From the NCBI GenBank assembly GCA_021295715.1, contig JAGWBV010000003.1, forward strand, positions 19,400-83,399: a stretch of 64,000 nucleotides of DNA. The letters run 5' to 3'. The position numbers were made by a program, and so were the translations under genes. A model generated the notes under the pieces. It worked only from the letters and a program-made list of their open reading frames with translations, was not told the DNA's origin and did no database searches. Source of the stretch: Candidatus Poribacteria bacterium (GTDB lineage: Bacteria; Poribacteria; WGA-4E; WGA-3G). Shown here in pieces: positions 9,956 to 17,687 of this stretch (positions are counted from its first letter, which is position 1; each line of letters starts with the position of its first letter).

Positions 9956-12900
9956 ATGGAATCTGTCAAGGATATTATCCAACAGTGCCATGAACAGCGA
10001 CGAAAGGAACTGCAGCAGCGGGAGACAATCGTCTCACCCACGTTGCACGGTGAGCACCCTTACCACTATATTGTTTATTGTGCACGTCGATATCCGTTGC
10101 TTTTGCATGACCTTGAACAGGCAAATATTTCGTTTATGCCGATTGGACAGGCACCGGAATTCGATCGAGGCCCAGTGTATTGTGGCGGCTCGCGTCTCTT
10201 AAGACGACAAGGCACACTCAACTGGGAGCCGAGACGATGGTTTTCGTCGTGGGGGATTCAGGTCTATACAGGAACACCATCTGCGCGCGACGGAGCGAAT
10301 TGGCATGACATCGAGTTCACCTACAGAGCGATCCGCGATGCCCCTGATGCCGTTGTTGCATGTCTGGACGCACTCATCAACGCTGTTATGAATCCGCTAC
10401 TCACCTTGCTCAAGGCTGGAGGCTTGCGATTTTCGTGCCGAGTGCCAGACTATCTTCACCCAAACACAACGGATGAGCAGCAGTATGTTCATAAGCATCT
10501 ACCTGACAAAGACCGCCATCGCGACTGCGATGTGTATGTTAGAATTATTGGGGATAAAGGCTTTACTCGCTGGGATGCCCGCTACGAGATTCTTAAGGGC
10601 AATCTATTAGACCCGCCCATCATTTCTAAAGATGTGCTCTTTGCGTTTCTCGATGTCTTTCGAGACCTGTTGCACGAACCCGCCCCGGCATTGGAATTAC
10701 ACAGGATAGATGAAACGATCGAGGATACACAGGATTTCGACGATTTTGCTGTCATAGAATCGTTAGAAATAGAGCAAGTTGTGAATGAGAATATCCTTGC
10801 AGTGCGACGCGGTGAGGTAAGTCCGATTGGAATCAGACGACCGAAACCTATCCTTGAAAAACTGGAACGCACTGGGGCTGAGGATGAGAGGAATCTCTTC
10901 GAAGGTGAGGAACGCATTCTTGGGATTATTACGGGTCCGATCAGCACGGAAAAGAAACGTGAGATCGAAGCGACGTTTCTAAATACGGCACCTCTATGGG
11001 TCAACGCTAATACCGCACATGATGCTGAAGAGGCAGAGCAATATTATGAAAGGCTGGGCGTTTCAGTAGAACGTTGGAAACCGAGAAACTATCGCTGGGA
11101 GCAGGCGAAGTGGACACCGATTGCTGAACGGATGCAGAATCCTTTTGCGCACCGGAACGTCTGCGAAGATGCCGAAAGATGTGATGCCTTAGAACAGAAA
11201 GGTGGTGATCCGAATAGGAGTATCTGCCCGAGTTGTCCAGCTTATGACGCGTGTCAAGTGCGCGGGTATCTTTCTCAATTCGAGACGCTCAAGGAGAAGC
11301 AGGTCATTGTATCTGATATTCCGAACCTCTTTCTGGATCAGCGGTATGCGGCGTTTGTTGATGCGTTGATTATTCCCGATAGGGTCTGTGTTATAAATGA
11401 TTCTGAATCCCATCCTGCCAAGCTCTTTTCAGAGCATCATTTGTCAATCGAAATTCTTGAAGGATGGCTCATTAATTGGAGCGGTGCGGCGTTAGGTCAA
11501 TTCGCGAAAACAATGTTGAACGCTATTCGGATTACAGACAGTCAACATGGTGATATTGCGAAGCGGACTCGCACTGTTGTTCAGGCATTTGAAGGGTTAG
11601 AAGATAGCATTGTTCAGCAGATGTGTGAAGTAAATTATACATCTAAAGATGGCAGCAGCTTAGCAATAGATATTGATAGTGCGATCGAGTTTGGGATTTT
11701 GGATATATCGACCTCAGAAAACATAGCGCAGACCCCAAATGTGTATCGCGACCCGGAGTGGACGTTATGGCATCAGTTGAAGGCATTCTTTGCGCATTAC
11801 ACGCGCGACATGGATGCTCCAATGTTTGTCGAGGACGGGATTTTGCGGTTCTGGTTACCGCCACGAATTCATCAAGAGGTTCAGAAACTTGTGTTCATAT
11901 CACCAACGTTCGCGGGAGATTGTTTCAAAGAAGTGTTTCCTGAAGAGACCGTTTCGGTCAGATGGGTTGAATCGCAGGAGACATCGCTTTCAGGGAATAA
12001 GTCTTTTCAGCTGCGGAGTGCGCCTCATATCTCCTATGCAATCGCAAACTACGAGGTTAATTGGGATGTGTTTGGCCTTTCTGAAATTGCGAGTCGCTTT
12101 TTTCGCGGTATCTATCAAGAAATGAAGCGGCATCCGGATTGCAATCATGTTGTTATTTCGAGCTCAAGCACAGTGGTGATGTTGAAAAATGTTTTTGATA
12201 AGATTATCAGCTACCACGATCTCATCAGAGACACCCCGGCACGCCCTGAGGATTTGCGATCCACTTTTGAGGCTGCTGACGTTTACTACGACCGCATCAA
12301 GGCTCTACAATCCATCTTTGAAGCTGCTGATGTTGTCTGGATCGTTGGCACGCCCTATTGGCCCCCAAAATTCATCTGGGAACAAGCGAAAATATTGTTT
12401 GGAAACCAAGAACAACCGTTAAATTATAACTTGACTGTGAACCCTTATCAATTTGAAGATGAACGGATACAAGAACTCTACGAACAGAATGCTGTAGGGA
12501 CATTGACACAAATTATCCGTATCGCTGGATTCAATGAGACATCGGATAAAACGCTAATTCTCAACACGGCTTTGCGGGTACCCGCTATCACTGACGCACC
12601 AGAGACGGAATTGTTCGATTGGGAAGACTTGGAGATTGCTGGTGGGTTGGACAAACTTTCAGAGACGATTCGGATACGTGCAGGGTACGAGGCAGAATAC
12701 GCAAACATGGATGCGTCTTGGAGCCGAAAACGCGTTGAATATTTGCTTGGGGTTTCCAAGGCACAAGCAAACCGTATCTTGATGAGATTGAGGGGCAGTA
12801 AACTCGAGCGAATTCCATTCCATGTGCAGATTTTAGATTTGCTTTCGGATGGAGAGAAAACAACATCCGAAATCCTTGAATCAATTCAGGGGAATCCGGG

Positions 12901-12982
12901 TTCCATTAAAAACGAACTCACCCATCTTGTGGAAATGGGTGAGATTGTGAGGATCCGGCGCGGGGTTTATGCGTTGGCATAG
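9956..12982 (+). CDS. Large orphan protein (about 1,008 aa): PrimPol/AEP-like N-terminal region (tentative), Cys cluster, C-terminal HTH plus winged-HTH
   Basis: Long uninterrupted ORF. GGAGA lies 9 nt upstream of ATG 9956 (listed start is TTG 9851). Motif order is SFMPIGQ / WGIQVYTG / WHDIEF / KAGGLRFSCRVP / CDVYVRIIGDKGF. Cys cluster C-x5-C-x14-C-x2-C-x5-C is at nt 11162-11253. C-terminus has GVSKAQANRILMRL and EMGEIVRIRRGVYALA. No Walker A motif seen. Confidence 0.8.
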   Translation: MESVKDIIQQCHEQRRKELQQRETIVSPTLHGEHPYHYIVYCARRYPLLLHDLEQANISFMPIGQAPEFDRGPVYCGGSRLLRRQGTLNWEPRRWFSSWGIQVYTGTPSARDGANWHDIEFTYRAIRDAPDAVVACLDALINAVMNPLLTLLKAGGLRFSCRVPDYLHPNTTDEQQYVHKHLPDKDRHRDCDVYVRIIGDKGFTRWDARYEILKGNLLDPPIISKDVLFAFLDVFRDLLHEPAPALELHRIDETIEDTQDFDDFAVIESLEIEQVVNENILAVRRGEVSPIGIRRPKPILEKLERTGAEDERNLFEGEERILGIITGPISTEKKREIEATFLNTAPLWVNANTAHDAEEAEQYYERLGVSVERWKPRNYRWEQAKWTPIAERMQNPFAHRNVCEDAERCDALEQKGGDPNRSICPSCPAYDACQVRGYLSQFETLKEKQVIVSDIPNLFLDQRYAAFVDALIIPDRVCVINDSESHPAKLFSEHHLSIEILEGWLINWSGAALGQFAKTMLNAIRITDSQHGDIAKRTRTVVQAFEGLEDSIVQQMCEVNYTSKDGSSLAIDIDSAIEFGILDISTSENIAQTPNVYRDPEWTLWHQLKAFFAHYTRDMDAPMFVEDGILRFWLPPRIHQEVQKLVFISPTFAGDCFKEVFPEETVSVRWVESQETSLSGNKSFQLRSAPHISYAIANYEVNWDVFGLSEIASRFFRGIYQEMKRHPDCNHVVISSSSTVVMLKNVFDKIISYHDLIRDTPARPEDLRSTFEAADVYYDRIKALQSIFEAADVVWIVGTPYWPPKFIWEQAKILFGNQEQPLNYNLTVNPYQFEDERIQELYEQNAVGTLTQIIRIAGFNETSDKTLILNTALRVPAITDAPETELFDWEDLEIAGGLDKLSETIRIRAGYEAEYANMDASWSRKRVEYLLGVSKAQANRILMRLRGSKLERIPFHVQILDLLSDGEKTTSEILESIQGNPGSIKNELTHLVEMGEIVRIRRGVYALA

Positions 12983-13049
12983 GCAAGTGTCTCCCCTTTA
13001 ATTAAAAACGCATTTTTTGCGCGAAATTCATAAAAAAATAAGATTTTTT

Positions 13050-13084
13050 ATGCCAAAATTGTATTTTTTATACAATTTTGGCAT
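13050..13084. repeat. Perfect 15-bp inverted repeat (operator-, origin- or terminator-like)
   Basis: ATGCCAAAATTGTAT (13050-13064), TTTTT loop, ATACAATTTTGGCAT (13070-13084), in an AT-rich spacer 68 nt after the stop of the large gene. Confidence 0.85.
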
Positions 13085-13090
13085 TGTTTC

Positions 13091-13119
13091 TTGCAAAACT
13101 GAATCAATCTATGTATAAT
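13091..13119 (+). promoter_or_regulatory. Near-consensus sigma70 promoter with no ORF behind it
   Basis: TTGCAA (13091-13096), 17-nt spacer, TATAAT (13114-13119). The predicted start falls at the first arm of the 13125-13172 hairpin. Confidence 0.5.
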
Positions 13120-13124
13120 ATAAT

Positions 13125-13172
13125 ATGACTGAAATCCATTCATACATCATACGTCATCATGATTTCAGTCAT
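13125..13172 (+). repeat. 12-bp perfect inverted repeat / 5' hairpin of a putative non-coding transcript
   Basis: ATGACTGAAATC (13125-13136) and GATTTCAGTCAT (13161-13172), separated by 24 nt. Confidence 0.8.
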
Positions 13173-13468
13173 ACTCCAAATTAAATAGGAAATTGGTAGA
13201 GCGCAGAGGGAACAGTTCAGCAGGCTTTCTGTCTGCTGCTCGCCAACTCCTTTTCCAAGCCATTCCGGCGAACATACTCCCGCATGCAGGACAGATTGGA
13301 ATATTTGCTGCCTCCATATTATACATGGTAGATCTTAGAATTACTTATACACTCTCCACTGGTGCGGTTGGATGAAAGACCCTACCGCACGCTGCTTGCT
13401 TCGCCTCAAGAGTCCAGCGAAATATTAACTTATTTTTTTAATCCACCATCAATGCAGCCAAAAAATCC

Positions 13469-13497
13469 TTGACATCCGTTCCAAAACAGCATACAAT
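13469..13497 (+). promoter_or_regulatory. sigma70-type promoter candidate for the 13537 operon
   Basis: TTGACA (13469-13474), 17-nt spacer, TACAAT (13492-13497), about 40 nt upstream of ATG 13537 (GGAGG RBS). Confidence 0.55.
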
Positions 13498-13536
13498 GCA
13501 ACCTCAAGCAATGTATGTTTTATACGGAGGTTTCTC

Positions 13537-14169
13537 ATGCCGACAATCGAAAAAGTTTTTGACTCCCCAGGACCACAACCTAACGGAATGCAAGCCACCG
13601 AAGAAGGGCTCTGGATTCTCGACCAACAGACCAACGAAGTGCACCTCGTCTCTTATGATGGCGTTGTAAAAAAGACACTCGACACCGGTTCCGACAGAGG
13701 AAGCGGTATCACGGATACAGGGAATACCCTCTGGCTGGCGTCTACCTACAGTTGCGAAATCCTCTCAGCGGATCCGGAAAGCGGTAAAACACTCGCTTCT
13801 TATGACACACCGGGTGCAGGTCAGACGGGTGCCCACGGCTTAGAGTGGCGCGACAATAAACTCTGGTTGGCGGTCCCGCCATCCGCCACCATTTATCAGG
13901 TCGATGTTGAAGATGGTTTCAAAGTCATTCACACGCTCCCTGCTCCCGGCGATCGACCACACGGTATCGCATGGATAGGCGACGATCTCTGGTGCGTTGA
14001 GACGAACCACCGAGCGATCTTCCATCTGAATCCAGAAGATGGTAGCCATCTGAACAAAATTGAGATACCTGAACCGCATCCTGAACCGCATGGAATGACT
14101 TACTGGGATGGGTCTTTCTGGTATTGCGATGCACATACAACTGCGGTGTGCCGTGTAGCATTATCCTGA
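13537..14169 (+). CDS. Beta-propeller repeat protein (glutaminyl-cyclase/NHL-like; function unknown)
   Basis: Repeated ...G..W(L/I/C)... blades (GLWILD, TLWLAS, KLWLAV, DLWCVE, SFWYCD). GGAGG RBS present. No signal peptide seen. Confidence 0.7.
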   Translation: MPTIEKVFDSPGPQPNGMQATEEGLWILDQQTNEVHLVSYDGVVKKTLDTGSDRGSGITDTGNTLWLASTYSCEILSADPESGKTLASYDTPGAGQTGAHGLEWRDNKLWLAVPPSATIYQVDVEDGFKVIHTLPAPGDRPHGIAWIGDDLWCVETNHRAIFHLNPEDGSHLNKIEIPEPHPEPHGMTYWDGSFWYCDAHTTAVCRVALS

Positions 14170-14951
14170 TGAAAACAGTCGGACGGCTCCTGAATATGGG
14201 CGCAAATTCTGCCGCGATGAATATGGCGATCGACGAGGCAATTCTGCTTGGACAGCAGGAGCACCCGAAACCGACGCTGCGGTTTTATGAGTGGTCGTCT
14301 CCAGCTTTCAGTTTCGGCTATTTTCAGGATATTGCGTCAGAAGTTGATGTGGAGGCGTGCCGCGCAGACGGCATCGAATTGGTGAAACGAATGACGGGCG
14401 GCGGGACTGTCGTGCATGGATGGGAATTGACGTATACATTGGTGCTCCCACGGGCTGCTTCAGAGATGGGTATTTCCGACACGTATCAACGCATCGGACA
14501 CACTCTCGTCAAGGCATTTCAGAAACTCGGTGTCCCCGCGCAATGCTACACTGAATGCCCCAATCCCTCCGAGTCAGTTCCAAATATCTGTTTGACGAAT
14601 CCTGCCGAACATGATGTTATGTCTGGCGACAAGAAGTTAGCAGGCGTTTCTGTGAGACGTAATCGGAAGGGAATTATGTTTCAAGGATATATTACATTAG
14701 ATATGCCACCTTCATTTATCCTCAAGCGCGTTTCAAAGGACCCGGAGGTCCAACAGAGCCTCCACGAAAAATCGACTGCTATCAATGTAGATGGACGTTT
14801 TATAACAAGGGATGTGGTTATCCAAACCGTTTGCGAAACATTTGAATTCGGAATCCCGTTTAATTCAGGAAAACTATCACTGGAAGAATGTGCACAGGCA
14901 GCAACCTTGGCTGAGACCAAGTATGCTACAAGCGCGTGGAATTTTGGATAA
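14169..14951 (+). CDS. Lipoate-protein ligase / octanoyltransferase family protein (BPL_LplA_LipB domain)
   Basis: Motifs AMNMAIDEAIL, TLRFYEWSSPAFSFGYFQ, VKRMTGGGTVVHG and KKLAGVSVRR. ATG 14169 overlaps the preceding stop (TGATG), suggesting translational coupling. Listed start 14124 lies inside the upstream gene. Confidence 0.85.
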   Translation: MKTVGRLLNMGANSAAMNMAIDEAILLGQQEHPKPTLRFYEWSSPAFSFGYFQDIASEVDVEACRADGIELVKRMTGGGTVVHGWELTYTLVLPRAASEMGISDTYQRIGHTLVKAFQKLGVPAQCYTECPNPSESVPNICLTNPAEHDVMSGDKKLAGVSVRRNRKGIMFQGYITLDMPPSFILKRVSKDPEVQQSLHEKSTAINVDGRFITRDVVIQTVCETFEFGIPFNSGKLSLEECAQAATLAETKYATSAWNFG

Positions 14952-14981
14952 AGGCACATTAGCAAATAGCAACGAAACTGT

Positions 14982-15015
14982 AGCCCGTAATGTAATGGAG
15001 GGCGGATTTAAGAAG
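14982..15015. repeat. Copy of dispersed module GCCCGTAAT-N-TAATGGAGGGCGGAT
   Basis: AGCCCGTAATGTAATGGAGGGCGGATTTAAGAAG here. Near-identical copies are at 49397-49428 (+) and 42026-42052 (-), with more diverged copies at 42155-42175 (-), 46836-46868 (-) and 16167-16200 (-). Confidence 0.7.
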
Positions 15016-15020
15016 CACAC

Positions 15021-16097
15021 GTGAAAGCTACAACTGCCGTCATTTCTCCGCAAGGTATAATTAAAAATATTCTTATTCCACGGGGCGCGTTCATCATGGG
15101 TACCGATATTGAAGCGTTCTATGGCACTGCTTTAGCCAATTCGGAGCATGCCAAACTCGATGAAGCACCAATGCATGTCCGTTTTCTCGAAGCATATCTG
15201 ATTGAACAGTATCCCGTAACAAATACCGAGTATGCGGCTTTCGTGCAGGCAACGAATCACCCAGCACCGCCACATTGGAAAAATGCAACCTTCTCACCTG
15301 AAGAGGCAAACCTTCCGGTTGTTCATGTAAGTTGGCATGATAGCAACGCGTATGCACAATGGGCAGGCAAGCGGTTACCAACAGAAGCAGAATGGGAGAA
15401 AGCCTGTCGTGGTCCTGATGGACGGATTTATCCGTGGGGCAATATCTTCGTTTCTGATGAATCTGAATCCACAGAAACTCCAGCAGAAACTTTACAGATT
15501 CTGACGGCACACCTCACACCTGTAGGAGTTCGTCCTGCGACAATAAGTCCCTACGGTGTCGGAGACGCGGCAGGAAATGTTTGGGAATGGACTGCCGATT
15601 GGTATCAACCATATTCCAATCCAAAACCGCTTAAACAAGGAATAGATGATAAACATAAAGCCATGCGTGGCGGGTCATGGTTAGAAGTACGTGATGGCAC
15701 TGCGGAACGCTATTTTCGGTGCGCCAATCGTTTACATGCACCACCAGACTATGCCGCTGGGAATATCGGTTTTCGGTGTGTGCGTGAGGTGCTACCCGGA
15801 CAAGTCGAATCGGTGCATGTTCCTGCGGACCCCCTTGCTGACTATGTAAAGGAACGGAAGTTAAGTAACCTACATCTCCTTCAAAAACGGGCGCAAAAGA
15901 ACAGTCTCAAAGATACCTTCATCGCTGTCCTACTCATTGGAGGCGCGATCTACGGTATTGTAGAGAAGCCTGAATTGGTATTGGGTGCTGTGACAGCGGG
16001 TATTATCGGGGTCGGATTTCTTTTTAGTGCCAGCGTGAATTTCTGGCGGAGATGGCGTGCAGTAGCACGAGCCAAACAGGTAGAGTCCGATTTTTAA
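15021..16097 (+). CDS. Formylglycine-generating enzyme (SUMF1/EgtB/PvdO) family protein with C-terminal TM helices
   Basis: Motifs YPVTNTEYAAFV, VVHVSWHDSNAYAQWAGKRLPTEAEWEKACRG, GNVWEWTADWY, MRGGSW and NIGFRCV. The hydrophobic tail is IAVLLIGGAIYGIV...GIIGVGFLFSA. GTG start. The stop codon lies inside a repeat end. Confidence 0.9.
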   Translation: MKATTAVISPQGIIKNILIPRGAFIMGTDIEAFYGTALANSEHAKLDEAPMHVRFLEAYLIEQYPVTNTEYAAFVQATNHPAPPHWKNATFSPEEANLPVVHVSWHDSNAYAQWAGKRLPTEAEWEKACRGPDGRIYPWGNIFVSDESESTETPAETLQILTAHLTPVGVRPATISPYGVGDAAGNVWEWTADWYQPYSNPKPLKQGIDDKHKAMRGGSWLEVRDGTAERYFRCANRLHAPPDYAAGNIGFRCVREVLPGQVESVHVPADPLADYVKERKLSNLHLLQKRAQKNSLKDTFIAVLLIGGAIYGIVEKPELVLGAVTAGIIGVGFLFSASVNFWRRWRAVARAKQVESDF

Positions 16098-16208
16098 TTT
16101 TACCTTGGGAGTAATCAAAGACGTTGGAACTCTTGTGGGCGTGCCGCCTATCTGAAGAAATACCCAAGCAAAAACACCTCCATTTTATTACGGACTACGG
16201 GTTTGAAC
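16091..16208. repeat. Dispersed repeat modules (TTTTTAATTTTACCTTGGG end, CCCAAGCAAAAAC, CCTCCATTTTATTACGG)
   Basis: Same module set as 7252-7403, 35442-35705 and 49261-49484. The end overlaps the TAA stop of the FGE-family gene. Confidence 0.75.
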
Positions 16209-16316
16209 ACACAAAAACAAACGGTAGCTTGTAACAACGGCGTATCGGGCCTTAATCGGAAACATTATTAAACAGATTGCCCTATACAACACCTTGCGAA
16301 TAATTAAAAATTCGCA

Positions 16317-16345
16317 TTGACCGAAATTTGAATTCAGTGTAAACT
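16317..16345 (+). promoter_or_regulatory. sigma70-type promoter candidate for the PhyH gene
   Basis: TTGACC (16317-16322), 17-nt spacer, TAAACT (16340-16345). A TGCGAAT/ATTCGCA palindrome around AATTAAAA lies just upstream of the -35. Confidence 0.45.
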
Positions 16346-16396
16346 TTAGCAAACTCAAGCATTGCGACCTCAAGTCGCTTCTATAAGGGGAGAATA

Positions 16397-17245
16397 ATGA
16401 ACCCGCTATGTTTGGAACACTGTTTGACCGAAACAGAAAAACAGCAATTTGAAGACAACGGTTTCTTTGTGGTTGAGGATGCCATCCCGCAGGAGATGGT
16501 TGAAAAGTTGATCGCAGCTGTTGACCGAGTCGGGGCAGAGCATCTGGGCAAAAATGAACTCCCAACCGATGCGCGTTTCAACCTCCTCGATTTTGTCGGA
16601 AGAGACGATAGCTTTATCGAGCTGCTTGACTGGCACACGACATTTCCGAAGGTCTGGGGAATTTTAGGGTGGAACATCAAACTCTACCATTCACATCTAA
16701 TTGTGCTACCGCCGCTGCCTCCTGAAGAGCGCGACAAATCCCAACGTCTTGGTTGGCACCAGGATAGTGGTAGACTCAATTTTGAATTGGAAGGAGACCC
16801 GCGACCCCGCGTATCGTTGAAAGTCGCATTTTTCCTGACCGATACATCCGTGCCGGGACGCGGTAATTTCTCGGTGGTGCCGGGGAGCCAGAAATCGAAT
16901 ACTTTAGAAATGCCCGATGATCCTACGGCGGATCCCGAGGGTGCGACATCTGTATTTGCCAAACCGGGAACGGCTGTCTTTTTCGATCGCAGGCTCTGGC
17001 ATTCCGCAGGACGGAATACCTCTGATGTCACTCGGAAAGTATTGTTTTACGGTTACAGTTACCGCTGGCTGCAGCCACGCGATGACATGACGGTGGAGCA
17101 CTATATGGACTGTTCCGACCCGATTCGCCAACAGATTCTGGGTAAAAGCACAGGTGGGCACGGCTTTACATCTCCCGGTGAAAAGGATGTGCCACTTCGC
17201 GCGTGGATTCAGGAAAACCTCGGTTCTGATGCTGTTGCGCGCTAA
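16397..17245 (+). CDS. Phytanoyl-CoA dioxygenase (PhyH) family Fe(II)/2-oxoglutarate oxygenase
   Basis: Motifs QFEDNGFFVVEDAIP, WHQDSG (HxD) and RRLWHSAGRN; about 282 aa; GGGGAG RBS. Confidence 0.9.
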   Translation: MNPLCLEHCLTETEKQQFEDNGFFVVEDAIPQEMVEKLIAAVDRVGAEHLGKNELPTDARFNLLDFVGRDDSFIELLDWHTTFPKVWGILGWNIKLYHSHLIVLPPLPPEERDKSQRLGWHQDSGRLNFELEGDPRPRVSLKVAFFLTDTSVPGRGNFSVVPGSQKSNTLEMPDDPTADPEGATSVFAKPGTAVFFDRRLWHSAGRNTSDVTRKVLFYGYSYRWLQPRDDMTVEHYMDCSDPIRQQILGKSTGGHGFTSPGEKDVPLRAWIQENLGSDAVAR

Positions 17246-17259
17246 CACAAAAACACGAC

Positions 17260-17281
17260 GGGCGGGCAACGCTGTCCGCCC
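17260..17281 (+). terminator. GC-rich hairpin after the PhyH gene (weak terminator candidate)
   Basis: GGGCGG / CCGCCC stem with an 8-9 nt loop. The downstream T-tract is poor (TTCATGAGCATTT). Confidence 0.35.
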
Positions 17282-17687
17282 TTCATGAGCATTTAGGGTG
17301 AGAGGCTCATCTTTCCAAACTCCCACAGCAAAATCCAAAAATATGCGAAGATTTTAGAGGATGGCAGCCCTATCTTACCTCGCGCTGCACTGTCCAAATA
17401 ATTGCAGATTTTACCATAAAAATTCCACATTTCTTTGGCATATCTGAAAAGAAAATTGTATACTTTTATAGAACAACGCAAATTCCGCATAAGAACATCA
17501 AAAAACACTCAAGCACGGTGCAAGGGACAACCTACATAGCGTTCGCACGTTCTGTTTTCTCCTTCTTTACTTTTAATGTATGGAAGCAACCGAACCTCCT
17601 GCTCGCGCGCTGTAAACTTTTAAATTTGGACTCACGTTGAATACATCGGATATAATTTTCTCACACGGATAGGAGTTGCCAATTTTC

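Noticed and set aside
13193-13375. 60-aa ORF (TTG start) in the structured spacer.
   Set aside because: It has no RBS and no recognisable motif, and it overlaps predicted RNA stems. I treat the region as non-coding.
17293-17508. 71-aa minus-strand ORF in the spacer upstream of the first TonB-dependent receptor.
   Set aside because: It lies in an AT-rich spacer, gives an aromatic- and Lys-rich translation, has no RBS, and is oriented against the flanking genes.
17500-17675. Cobalamin riboswitch or Fur box upstream of the TonB-dependent receptor (GGTGCAAGGGA string).
   Set aside because: There is no B12 box (GCCACTG) and none of the rest of the conserved core. No GATAATGATAATCATTATC-like Fur box was seen.
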